DNA of 34,265 bases from NCBI GenBank assembly GCA_035289485.1, contig DATDXA010000057.1:1-34265 (forward strand), in the 5' to 3' direction. The position numbers and the translations under genes are program-made. Each line of letters begins with the position of its first letter. The stretch's first letter is position 1. The notes below the pieces were generated by a model. It ran no database searches and was not told the DNA's origin. It saw only the letters and a program-made list of their open reading frames with translations. Shown one piece after another: positions 8,510-17,047 of this stretch. The stretch is from an archaeon (GTDB lineage: Archaea > Iainarchaeota > Iainarchaeia > Iainarchaeales > Iainarchaeaceae).

Positions 8510-8884
8510 ATGGCACAACCCTCAAAGCCTCTCATAGCGCAAGAGCTCTGGGAGAAAGCCTTCTCAATGAACGAGCACATGCGCGAGGCGCTGATTAACC
8601 CAAACACCGATTTCATGACCAAGCTGCTCTTTGATGCGCGCTTCTTTGAAAAAAAACTCGGCAAGGACGTTGCCTATTGGAGCAATGCGATATTTGCGCT
8701 CAAAATGCTCCTGCATGAAAAGAAAGCGGTGGCAGGAGCAGAAATTGCAAAGCAAACCGGCATGAGCGAAAACGAGGCCAAAGAACTCATCAGCTATCTA
8801 AAAAACATGTCAGAGATTCTTGAGGAAAAGGGGAAGTACTCGCTCAATTACGTGAATTTGTTTTCGAAGATGTTTAAGGAATAA
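8510..8884 (+). CDS. Hypothetical protein with C-terminal winged-helix domain
   Basis: AEIAKQTGMSENEAKELISYLKNMSEILEEKGKYSL; host-like codon use. Confidence 0.65.
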   Translation: MAQPSKPLIAQELWEKAFSMNEHMREALINPNTDFMTKLLFDARFFEKKLGKDVAYWSNAIFALKMLLHEKKAVAGAEIAKQTGMSENEAKELISYLKNMSEILEEKGKYSLNYVNLFSKMFKE

Positions 8885-8946
8885 TATCTACATAACTAAT
8901 TTTGATTCCTTCAACTTAATATATTTCCTGAAACAATCCTTTAGTC

Positions 8947-9546
8947 ATGGCAAAGATAGTTAGGTATTCACTGACGCAACGCGATCCTAATGGAAATTAT
9001 GTTAATGATTTATTCCGGCAGAGAGCTCCAACAAATTCTAAACCTGCCCGTACTGAATCAGAATCGCAGCGGTTTGCCAGAGAACAAGAAGTAAAAAAAG
9101 CTAGGGTCGCACTCATAAGAAGGGCCAGATGGCAGAAGGCGCCCGATGCCGCTCTTCCAGAAATTCTGGCCAATGCAAATGCGCTTAAGTTGGATTATTT
9201 CAAAGACACTGCCAAAATGGATTTGGCTATCGCGACAGGCTCGAGCAGGTTCGCAAAAATTAACTCTCACAGATCTAGCGGCAAAGTACCTAGTACTTCA
9301 ACTGAAATTTTAGTGCAAAAAAAGAAATTATTGCACATGCGAGCCATGAAGCCGGTTGAAGTGCTCAGAAGGCTGCAGCAACTAGGGGTACGCGTTAAAA
9401 GGCAGGGTCACGGTTCCCATGTAATACTTGAATCTTCTACCAAAACCGTCCCTTTGTCAATTCATAAAGGTGCCGAACTTAGCTGGGCTTACATAAATAA
9501 AGTATTGGATAGCCTAGAAATTCCAGAGCCGCGTTTCTGGGAATAA
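8947..9546 (+). CDS. HicA-domain (mRNA interferase-like) protein with ~130-aa basic N-terminal extension
   Basis: C-terminal MKPVEVLRRLQQLGVRVKRQGHGSHVIL..VPLSIHKGAELSWAYINKVL with the GSH motif. Confidence 0.7.
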   Translation: MAKIVRYSLTQRDPNGNYVNDLFRQRAPTNSKPARTESESQRFAREQEVKKARVALIRRARWQKAPDAALPEILANANALKLDYFKDTAKMDLAIATGSSRFAKINSHRSSGKVPSTSTEILVQKKKLLHMRAMKPVEVLRRLQQLGVRVKRQGHGSHVILESSTKTVPLSIHKGAELSWAYINKVLDSLEIPEPRFWE

Positions 9547-9565
9547 GGGAAAAAAACTGATTCTT

Positions 9566-9688
9566 ATGCCAGCCGTTCCAAAAAAATGCCCAGCGTGCGC
9601 AAGTTCGAGGCTAAAAAGTGTAACCGCTAACGGAGCTGTGAAAATGAAGTGCGCAAGATGCGGGTTTGAGAGCGCAAGAAAGGAATGA
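9566..9688 (+). CDS. Unlisted 40-aa zinc-ribbon microprotein
   Basis: MPAVPKKCPACASSRLKSVTANGAVKMKCARCGFESARKE, two CxxC knuckles. Confidence 0.65.
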   Translation: MPAVPKKCPACASSRLKSVTANGAVKMKCARCGFESARKE

Positions 9689-9717
9689 ATATTAACTTCC
9701 GGAGCGTTTTTTTTATT

Positions 9718-10131
9718 ATGCCGCTGATGAAGCATTTTGCCAAACAAATACGTGGGGAGCCCACGAAATCAATTGTGCACCCTAGCGCCGTGAAAGGCGC
9801 TGAATTAGCTAATGAATATAATTTTGTGAACGCCGAGCCAATACCCCCGCAATTCGCAAAAAAATTCGACAGCTGGCTTCTAACCAGCCGTTTAGTTGAA
9901 GCCGGTAAACAAGCTCAAGAAAAAAGGCGTGAGATGGCAGTTGGGCTTTTGATGCTTGCTGAAGCTGCCGTGGCGGCGAAAGAAAAGAAGGTTGCCAATG
10001 CAACTCATGGTCAATTTTCCGCACCTGTAGAAGTGAGAAATCAGCATTACAAAGAATTTCTTGAAAGTGTTTGGAAACGGGTCCCGCCAAAAATAAAGCA
10101 GGAACTCCACAAAATGCACGGGCTTGAATAA
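9718..10131 (+). CDS. Orphan helical protein (start 9685 or 9718)
   Basis: ORF that fills the gap; no recognisable motif. Confidence 0.55.
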   Translation: MPLMKHFAKQIRGEPTKSIVHPSAVKGAELANEYNFVNAEPIPPQFAKKFDSWLLTSRLVEAGKQAQEKRREMAVGLLMLAEAAVAAKEKKVANATHGQFSAPVEVRNQHYKEFLESVWKRVPPKIKQELHKMHGLE

Positions 10132-10446
10132 TTACTTCCTCGCCTTCACCGCGATTTTTTCCTTGGCGATTTCCTTTGCCTCGCTCTCCGGCTGCAGCGC
10201 GATGTTGAGCTTTTCTTCTATTGCCTCGATTCTTTTGCGCAGCTCGCGCGCCTCGTTTGCGCGCGCTTCATTGACTTTTGTAATATTTCCCCACGATTCA
10301 TTGTCCTTGTTTGAGAGCTCTGAGAATTTTTTCAGGAGCTTCTTGTCAAGGTGCGTGTAAACGAAAGCGAGAAGGAAAATCACTATTGCAAGGCCAAGAA
10401 TCATTCCAAGCCCGAGCATCACTATTCCGATTTCAACAATTGCCAT
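10132..10446 (-). CDS. Membrane-anchored coiled-coil protein
   Basis: N-terminal TM helix followed by a charged heptad region; GGGGGT RBS. Confidence 0.7.
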   Translation of the reverse strand: MAIVEIGIVMLGLGMILGLAIVIFLLAFVYTHLDKKLLKKFSELSNKDNESWGNITKVNEARANEARELRKRIEAIEEKLNIALQPESEAKEIAKEKIAVKARK

Positions 10447-10608
10447 TTTCTACTACCCCCTTTTTCCGCTTTTGGCATGAGGCGGAAAACCGTTAATGTT
10501 TCCTATGAGTTCTGGTAATAAAGGAATCGCCTGGTGCGCAGCTTAATCTCTCGCAAAAATGTTTTAGGCAAATTTATATGTCTCTGAGAGTATTATTCGT
10601 AAGATATT

Positions 10609-11100
10609 ATGGCACGTTTATGGCGTCAGAGGCTGAAATTGCTCAGGAAGTACCTTGGTGCTAAAGGTATTTTTACAGGTCGACGGAAAAGAGGGGCTAC
10701 TCCTCTTAGGCCATCTGAACTCAGAGCTGCAAAAGAAGTAGTTCCCGGGCTGCGTGTTGATAGGCACCAGGTAAGGAAGTTGCTTGAGGAAAAACGTGCC
10801 GGGAAAAGGCCAAAAATCACACAGGAAATGTGGCACGAGGAAAGAAGCAGACTCGAACGCCTTTCTGATGGGCACTTATACGCCAAATTATCCGATGTTC
10901 TGACTGGAAAAAATGGCGTAGATCAAAAAATGCGTGATCGCCTCTGGGAGATACGTGACAATTTCCTAAGAAAACATTCCAATCTTCAGGAACTGACACC
11001 TCGTGAGCAAGCGCATAGGCGCATGCTTACCTCATCTGAACGAAGAGAAATCATTCTCGCAACACTCAAGGTAAAATTCCCGAGGGGCAACGGCGAGTAA
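10609..11100 (+). CDS. Highly basic orphan protein
   Basis: MARLWRQRLKLLRKYLGAKGIFTGRRKRG..; TTTATATG box upstream. Confidence 0.6.
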   Translation: MARLWRQRLKLLRKYLGAKGIFTGRRKRGATPLRPSELRAAKEVVPGLRVDRHQVRKLLEEKRAGKRPKITQEMWHEERSRLERLSDGHLYAKLSDVLTGKNGVDQKMRDRLWEIRDNFLRKHSNLQELTPREQAHRRMLTSSERREIILATLKVKFPRGNGE

Positions 11101-11122
11101 AACACCTCGCATCCGGAATTAC

Positions 11123-11557
11123 CTATCTAATCCCTGTATCAATGTCAATGTCCACTCTTGTAATTTCATCTGCGCGTATAGTAATCCTTAGCTGTGACGA
11201 CCCATTAGGGCTGATGTATCGCGGGCTTGACATGCCGGTTTCCTGCTTTAGAAGATACTTGTACTCTCCTGCAGGGAGCTCTATACTATAATTCCCATCC
11301 TTGTCGCCATAGAATTCGGATATCTTTTCTTCCCTCTCTCCAACAACTCCTCCCACATAATTGATTTTGTAAACTCCTATAGGGTACGCCTTGTATGTCT
11401 GAGCCGTTGGCAAGCAATTAGGGTCAGGCGGATTTCTTTCCACGGGGCATAGCGGGCCGATTGAAATGTGGCCTTGCAAAAAGCCGGATTTTTGCTCCTG
11501 CACAGCAGCGCAGCCAAGAAGGAAAACAACGGCAAAGAGGAATGCGAATTGTTTCAT
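11123..11557 (-). CDS. Putative lipoprotein with carboxypeptidase-regulatory-like beta-sandwich
   Basis: Signal/lipobox MKQFAFLFAVVFLLGC from ATG 11557; GPLCPVE..PNC and DGNYSIELPAGEY motifs. Confidence 0.75.
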   Translation of the reverse strand: MKQFAFLFAVVFLLGCAAVQEQKSGFLQGHISIGPLCPVERNPPDPNCLPTAQTYKAYPIGVYKINYVGGVVGEREEKISEFYGDKDGNYSIELPAGEYKYLLKQETGMSSPRYISPNGSSQLRITIRADEITRVDIDIDTGIR

Positions 11558-11734
11558 TGTAAACTTATGCACTTTCAAGGTTTTATTTTTGCTGGTTTTG
11601 TGAGTATTGAATGTTTTCCGCACCGGCACCCACCTCCTTCCGTTCGTTTAAATATCGCCGCTCCGTTCCTTGTTTTGCGAGCAGGGCCGTAAGTTGGCAT
11701 CAATCTGCATCTTAGCTGTAAAGGAGGTTCAGCG

Positions 11735-12409
11735 ATGATTTCAGATGACTACATCATGGGTTTTGTGGAAGGCGAAGGGTGCTTTTCGGTAGCGATACAA
11801 AAGGAGATTGACCGAAGACCCAGAAAAACAAAGATTCGTGCCAAATGGAAAAAGCCAAGTCTGGGTTTCAAGGTCACCCCGAATTTCAGGGTCACTGCGG
11901 TATCCGAAGAAAATGCCGTATTGTATGAGTTAAAAGAACGGTTTGGAGCGGGTGAAGTTTATTCAAAAAAGAGAATAACAGGTGGCACTCCTAACACAAA
12001 ACCTGCTAGTGACTATTGCGTTCAATCAGTATCTGATTGCGCTAAAATAGTGGAATTTTTCAAGGACAAGTACTTTCACACTTCAAAAGGAAAGTCGTTC
12101 CAACTCTGGGTTAAATGCCTTGAAATTATCAAATCAAAAAAACACCTGACAAAAGAGGGGCTGTTGGAAATTTGTAAGTTGAGGGATAAAATGAATCCCA
12201 AACTTGGCGGGAAACATTCAAGGGTTGCTGCTGAGGTGCAAATGATTCTGGATGCTGCGCCGGGCCATATAGAAGCTCACTCAACCCAAAGTCTTATACA
12301 TAATCCGTCTGAGTCGACTTTGAAGTATTGGTATCAAAAGCGGCAGGGCAATTTCAAGCCAACGGAATTGCTAGTCGTTTCCGGGAATAAAGGGCGTAAA
12401 ACCCAATAA
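11735..12409 (+). CDS. Single-motif LAGLIDADG homing endonuclease
   Basis: YIMGFVEGEGCFSV motif, LKERFGAGEV, KGKSFQLW..HLTKEGLLEICKLRDKMN; GGAGG RBS. Confidence 0.9.
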   Translation: MISDDYIMGFVEGEGCFSVAIQKEIDRRPRKTKIRAKWKKPSLGFKVTPNFRVTAVSEENAVLYELKERFGAGEVYSKKRITGGTPNTKPASDYCVQSVSDCAKIVEFFKDKYFHTSKGKSFQLWVKCLEIIKSKKHLTKEGLLEICKLRDKMNPKLGGKHSRVAAEVQMILDAAPGHIEAHSTQSLIHNPSESTLKYWYQKRQGNFKPTELLVVSGNKGRKTQ

Positions 12410-13022
12410 ACCGGCTTAAACACCCCTTTAGTTCCGTTATTCCTATTCCTTTAGGAATGCAGTAGCAACATGATTATACTGTAATCATGCATAACGTAGA
12501 TTATCCTGTAGAATTACGAAGGGATTTATTGGCAATTTGACATTTTTTGAAAGGAAAAAATAGGGGGGGTACGGAGCAGGGTATTTGGGGGTGCTTCAGA
12601 GGTGCTCCGGCCAGACATAAGTTATGTAGAAACCTAGTCGGGTTTTGCCTTAGGCTGCTCCGTTCGGACATGGCTTAGAAGATGGCGCGGGTTTGGGGTT
12701 GCATGCTTCACTTCGTGTGGGCGCTTTCTGGCCCTTAATTGCATTGGCTTTGGGTAAAGGTAGCAGAAAGCCATTTCCGGGTTCCGAGGAACGGGACCCG
12801 CCAGGCAGCATTTTAGCCGCCACTTGGGGTATATCTTTTGATCAAAATTCAGCCGCTCAGGCTGTATTTTTGCCCTTCCAATCCGGTTTTTGCTATCCGC
12901 GGTATTTTCTTGGTCGGCAAAGCGAAGGCGCTTCTGGGCTGTAATGGTGTATTCCTGAGTTTGATTTTGGAGTTTCTAGGGGCCGAATAGTAGTAGTGTT
13001 AGACCGCCGGGAAACCAAAACA

Positions 13023-13049
13023 TATTATGTAGCTGCTAACTACATAATA
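13023..13049. repeat. Perfect 10-bp inverted repeat made of two CTACATAA cores
   Basis: TATTATGTAG-CTGCTAA-CTACATAATA. Confidence 0.75.
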
Positions 13050-13105
13050 GGTTCGTGTTTACAAAAATATTTGAAAAGTCAAAACTTTGGAGTAAAACTG
13101 CTTTG

Positions 13106-13342
13106 TCACAAACCTGCGAATGGGTTGGGAAATTTCTTTTTCGCACTCGCATTTTGAAATTGTCTCACTTCTTCAGCAGTTGCCGTATTAGGCTGAAGTG
13201 GCGGTGCAGATCTTGCTGCCCCTCTAGCTCGTATAGAATCGTATCTTTCCCCTCTGGCATCTTTTCTTGCCGCTCCACGCCTGTTTTTTTCCTCTATTTT
13301 CCTTTTAACTATGCCCATTCTTCTTGTGCCGCCAGCGCCCAT
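13106..13342 (-). CDS. Small Arg/Lys-rich protein, 78 aa (MGAGGTRRMG..)
   Basis: GGAGG RBS before ATG 13342 favours this start over 13396. Confidence 0.55.
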   Translation of the reverse strand: MGAGGTRRMGIVKRKIEEKNRRGAARKDARGERYDSIRARGAARSAPPLQPNTATAEEVRQFQNASAKKKFPNPFAGL

Positions 13343-13355
13343 TGTTTTCTCCTCC

Positions 13356-13523
13356 TTAATTCCTTTTTGCGCGATTGACCGGATTAGTTTCTCCATGTAA
13401 ATTCAATCTCGGCCCGCTTCGTGTTTTTTCTCTTCCTAAAAGAGGCCTTCTTACTTCGCCAATTCCGCGGTGTGTTCCAGAACTTGGCAGTTGCCTTCGT
13501 GCTCCTGAAATTCTTCCAACCAT
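13356..13523 (-). CDS. Unlisted 55-aa Arg/Gly-rich protein
   Basis: MVGRISGARRQLPSSGTHRGIGEVRRPLLGREKTRSGPRLNLHGETNPVNRAKRN; GGGGTGA RBS upstream. Confidence 0.5.
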   Translation of the reverse strand: MVGRISGARRQLPSSGTHRGIGEVRRPLLGREKTRSGPRLNLHGETNPVNRAKRN

Positions 13524-13530
13524 AAATCAA

Positions 13531-13674
13531 TCACCCCTTCTTCTCCGCAGCCGCTTTCGCCGCCGCAGCGAGCGCAATTTTCTTCTCAAGCTCGTGGTTT
13601 TTGAGATGGTTTTCCATGTTGAATGCCTGCACTTCCATTCCACATTGCGCGCATTTTTGTTTTTGGATGTTCAT
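13531..13674 (-). CDS. Unlisted 47-aa C2H2-type zinc-finger microprotein
   Basis: MNIQKQKCAQCGMEVQAFNMENHLKNHELEKKIALAAAAKAAAEKKG, C-x2-C-x11-H-x3-H. Confidence 0.6.
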   Translation of the reverse strand: MNIQKQKCAQCGMEVQAFNMENHLKNHELEKKIALAAAAKAAAEKKG

Positions 13675-13693
13675 AAAAATCACTTTGCAATTT

Positions 13694-14047
13694 TCAGCCA
13701 ATCACAAGCGCCACTTTTTTCTTGTACTCGCGCATTGTAAATTCGTATGAGTTGTAGTGCTCGGTTGCTTTTATAGCTATCTCAACACTGCCTTCGCGCG
13801 TGAGCGGCCGCGGGTGTATTTCAAATCTCTGCTCAGCTGTCTGAGCGGGCGCAAGTTCTCCAAGTTTTTCCTCGTGAATAGCGCTAAAGCCGCTTTTGTC
13901 AAATGAGAGCTCTGATGGAAGCTGCATCTTGTATGAAACAAGCACTTTTTCAGTGCCCGAATTCTTGATTTTGAGTCGCAGCTCTATTGGCTGTTTTCTG
14001 TATAGCACGAGCTGGTATGGAAAAAATGTTGTGTTTATTTCTATCAT
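13694..14047 (-). CDS. Cytoplasmic Ig-like/CARDB-like beta-sandwich protein
   Basis: LRLKIKNSG..LGELAPAQTAEQRFEI pattern; ATG 14047 preferred over 14131. Confidence 0.6.
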   Translation of the reverse strand: MIEINTTFFPYQLVLYRKQPIELRLKIKNSGTEKVLVSYKMQLPSELSFDKSGFSAIHEEKLGELAPAQTAEQRFEIHPRPLTREGSVEIAIKATEHYNSYEFTMREYKKKVALVIG

Positions 14048-14193
14048 TTTGTATCTGTAAAAGTATAGTCTTGGGTTGTATTTTAACCAATCAGAATCTG
14101 TTATGTAGATTCTAAAAGTTATGCCATCCAAAAATGCTTAAAAACAGGAAAGGAATTATTATTTAGTTTTTCTAAAAAACTTTTGGTGATATT

Positions 14194-14661
14194 TTGGAAC
14201 ATCCTGAAGCCGAGTATGTGCGCAAGACTTTCATAATCCGCCAGATGGATTTTCCCCCCGAAGTTTCAATGACCAAGCGTTCATTGCTCCGCTGGTTCGC
14301 TCTTGCTTTTGGCCTAATTTCAGAAAAGGAATCGCGCTCAACAGTTCTTGATGTTCTTGACGCGCTCTTCACCCTGCAGCTCTCGCGCAAAATCTCCCCT
14401 TCAACTGCCGAGCTCTTAGAATTCCTCAAGGGGTCGCAGAAGAAAATAGATGAAAAGCTACTGCGCTACCATTTGAAGAGGCTTCTTGATGTGGGTTTAC
14501 TTGAGCGCAGAAAAGGCAGGCTCTCGTTCGTTTCCGCTCCGAATGCAGAAAAGCTTGATATAGTTCAGGGCTTCTCGCACGGGATAAGCACTCCTGTGCA
14601 GGAATCGCTTGGGCGGATTTCGGTTGCGCTTGGGAAATTGAGTGAAAGCTATAGGAAATGA
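14194..14661 (+). CDS. Putative winged-helix transcriptional regulator
   Basis: LLRYHLKRLLDVGLLERRKG; GGTGA RBS before the TTG start. Confidence 0.7.
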   Translation: MEHPEAEYVRKTFIIRQMDFPPEVSMTKRSLLRWFALAFGLISEKESRSTVLDVLDALFTLQLSRKISPSTAELLEFLKGSQKKIDEKLLRYHLKRLLDVGLLERRKGRLSFVSAPNAEKLDIVQGFSHGISTPVQESLGRISVALGKLSESYRK

Positions 14662-14702
14662 AAAAAGCAAGGATTAAATACTTTCAGAAGGTTGTTTTAG
14701 TT

Positions 14703-14873
14703 ATGAAATTACGACTTGCCGCCAAAGCACATTCTCAAAAACTGCGCAGGCTTCCACGCCCACAAATTACCGGCTCTTTATCAAAACCTAAAACAAAATT
14801 GCCTGCGCATGTTGCTCTAAAACTTCAGGCCGTCACTAAATCACCCAGAATCTTAAACCCGCCTAAACCCTAA
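14703..14873 (+). CDS. Small Lys/Arg/Pro-rich orphan (start 14658 or 14703)
   Basis: MKLRLAAKAHSQKLRRLPRPQ.. fills the gap between the regulator and the Nudix gene. Confidence 0.4.
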   Translation: MKLRLAAKAHSQKLRRLPRPQITGSLSKPKTKLPAHVALKLQAVTKSPRILNPPKP

Positions 14874-14893
14874 TTATTTCCTTGGTTTCTTTT

Positions 14894-15451
14894 ATGACCA
14901 CCGGCCTTCTAGACAATCCAACCCAGAAGCTAATCCGCGTGGATTCATCCGGCGCAGAAACTGGCTCTGTAATTGACCGCAAATCAGCCCACACAACTCC
15001 CGGCCTTAAGCACCTTGCAATACAGGTGCTTGTTTTCAATTCAAAAAAAGAATTGGTTTTGCACGAGCGCCCGCTAAAAAAAGTTGGCGGAGGAGTGCTC
15101 GATGCACCCACCACTCACGTTCTTTCCGGCGAGACCAAAGAGCAGGCCGCGCTTCGCTGCCTAAAAAATGAATACGGCATCCCAAGCGCTGAAGTGAAAA
15201 TCCTTAGCGGATATTCATATGAGAAAGATTACGGCGATGGATCGTGCGAAAATGAGTACTGCATCGCGGCGTTTGCTTCCTACTCCGGAAAAATAATTCC
15301 AGATAAGGAGCACGCGCACAAAATCGTGAACGTTTCCGCAAAAAAAGTTCTGCAAGAGTTAGAATCCGGTTCCTCAAAATACCCTGTTTGGTTTAAGGAA
15401 ACCATTGAGCTCGTGAAAAAAAATAGTGAAGGGAAGAAATTCTTCAAGTAA
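14894..15451 (+). CDS. Type 1 IPP isomerase-like Nudix protein with Thr at the catalytic Cys position
   Basis: AH..KH, TTH, YSY, ENE, PVW match the E. coli Idi H25/H32/H69/Y104/E114/E116/W161 pattern as recalled. Confidence 0.7.
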   Translation: MTTGLLDNPTQKLIRVDSSGAETGSVIDRKSAHTTPGLKHLAIQVLVFNSKKELVLHERPLKKVGGGVLDAPTTHVLSGETKEQAALRCLKNEYGIPSAEVKILSGYSYEKDYGDGSCENEYCIAAFASYSGKIIPDKEHAHKIVNVSAKKVLQELESGSSKYPVWFKETIELVKKNSEGKKFFK

Positions 15452-15937
15452 CTATTTCTTGCTCAGTGCATCTATCGCAGTGGAAATAAGCACGTTAGCT
15501 TCGTGCAAGCTCAAGTCAACGACTTTTTCAGGCGAATAAGATTCTTTGTACCCTTTCATTGTGTAACTTGTCTGAAGTGCTCCACGTACGGTGTTATTTA
15601 ATTCAATTGCAAGTTTGACCAATTTATCTTCCCCAATTTCCAAAGCAAGCCTTTTTTCCTCCGGCAAAAGAATTATCCTTCTTGGGGCGTTTAAGTCACC
15701 CCATTCTTGCATTGGTCGTCTTTTTAGAAGACTTGATAACAAACTTCTGATTCTTTTATTATTTTCAGTGCCAATATTTGCCCTTTCAACCACGACTGTC
15801 AAAATTTTTCTTGTAGTTCTTTTTGTAGTGTTCGCTAGCCATTGTCTATAAGTTTGTTTTTGAAGTGGTCTAGAAACAAGCTCCCTGCAAAAAATTCTTA
15901 CATCGCCAGCAAATCCTATGCGTTGCCGTGGCTTCAT
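15452..15937 (-). CDS. Basic orphan protein coupled to PMK
   Basis: ATGA overlap with the PMK stop; AT-rich; starts MKPRQR. Confidence 0.6.
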   Translation of the reverse strand: MKPRQRIGFAGDVRIFCRELVSRPLQKQTYRQWLANTTKRTTRKILTVVVERANIGTENNKRIRSLLSSLLKRRPMQEWGDLNAPRRIILLPEEKRLALEIGEDKLVKLAIELNNTVRGALQTSYTMKGYKESYSPEKVVDLSLHEANVLISTAIDALSKK

Positions 15938-17043
15938 TTTGACATCACTCCATTCCGCGAAACTTCCGCCTCAATCGGCATTATCCCGCTCCGTTTCCAC
16001 TCCGCCTTTATTTTTTTAGCAGTTTTTTCATCAAAGCACACGCCTATTCCGCAGTCTCCGCCGCCAGCTCCAGAGAATTTAGCAGCGCACCCGTACTTTT
16101 CCGCAATCAATGCCATTTTCCTGTGCTCCTCAGTTTCAAGCCCTGCGCCGCTTGAGGTGCTAATGCCTTTTAGCAAAATCCCATTTTCTTTTACAATTGC
16201 AATTATTTTTTCTTTTTCCCTGCTTCTAATTGCGGCAATCAGGCGTTCCGTTGCGGATTTTATTGAATTGATGAGCATTTTGTAAGTTCCCGGATTCGCC
16301 TGCTTGAATACGTTTATTTTCTGCACGAGTTCTTTAGTTGAAGCGCTTTTTCCCGTGAACCCAATGAGCGCAATGAAGTTCTTTGGCAATTTTACATTGG
16401 AGTGCTCAAGATATGGCCACTCTTCCTCCACAACTTCTGAACCATTTTTTTCCTTTAATTCATTCATGAGCCAGTCCGCTGAGAATCTTCTGTACACCGT
16501 TGCTCCGCCAAACACCGATGCCGCAACATCAAACCCGGAGCCGATTTTTCCCTGCGCAAGATAGTGCGCAATAATCCCGATTTTAAAAAGCCTGTCCTTT
16601 TCCTTTGCGCTTGAAATCCCAACTCCATGCAATTTTAGCACTGCTCCCGCAATGGCAACAACCGCTGCAGCGCTGCTCCCAAACCCCGGCTTCATTACCG
16701 CCCCGTTCATTTTCACAACGCTTATTTGCGATTTTGTTTCCAATTTGAATTTTTTGGGCACTTTCCCTTTCGCGCAGATATATTCAAGCGCGGTTTCAAT
16801 TGCGTGCTTTGTGAAATCGAGCTTCTCATCCATTTTTCCAAAAATTATTTTCGCGCCATCAATTGCAGCCGCAGTAGTTATGTCGAAGTCCTTGAGCTTT
16901 ATTTCCGTTTTTTCCGCTTCGGAAATTTTTGCAGTAACTCCGCGGTCAATTGCAAGCACCAAGCACGGCGCTCCTTCAAGAACGCTCCACTCGCCAGAGA
17001 GCATGATTTTTCCGGGAGCGTATACTGAGATGCTTTTTGCCAT
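15934..17043 (-). CDS. mvaK2: Phosphomevalonate kinase, bacterial MvaK2-like GHMP kinase
   Basis: APGKIMLSGEW, KPGFGSSAA, GSGFDVAASVFGG, AKFSGAGGGDCG; ATG 17043 preferred over 17067. Confidence 0.88.
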   Translation of the reverse strand: MAKSISVYAPGKIMLSGEWSVLEGAPCLVLAIDRGVTAKISEAEKTEIKLKDFDITTAAAIDGAKIIFGKMDEKLDFTKHAIETALEYICAKGKVPKKFKLETKSQISVVKMNGAVMKPGFGSSAAAVVAIAGAVLKLHGVGISSAKEKDRLFKIGIIAHYLAQGKIGSGFDVAASVFGGATVYRRFSADWLMNELKEKNGSEVVEEEWPYLEHSNVKLPKNFIALIGFTGKSASTKELVQKINVFKQANPGTYKMLINSIKSATERLIAAIRSREKEKIIAIVKENGILLKGISTSSGAGLETEEHRKMALIAEKYGCAAKFSGAGGGDCGIGVCFDEKTAKKIKAEWKRSGIMPIEAEVSRNGVMSK

Positions 17044-17047
17044 TGTC

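Noticed and set aside
8980..9007. dif-like string CGCGATCCTAA-TGGAAA-TTATGTTAATG
   Set aside because: Lies inside a CDS, has a poor left arm and is a single instance; likely chance.
12552..12570. ORB-like G-string GGAAAAAATAGGGGGGG
   Set aside because: Lacks the TCCA..GGAAA dyad, is a single copy and has no orc1/cdc6 nearby; not called as an origin.
11690..12700. Group I intron around the LAGLIDADG gene
   Set aside because: No convincing P7 (R/S) elements and no interrupted host gene found by eye; a covariance search is still needed.
12693..12944. 83-aa ORF in the non-coding region
   Set aside because: TTG start without RBS, atypical composition and overlap with hairpins.
7500..14900. tRNA-anchored integrated element or provirus
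   Set aside because: No integrase, no repeat of the tRNA 3' end (attR) and no viral hallmark genes seen.
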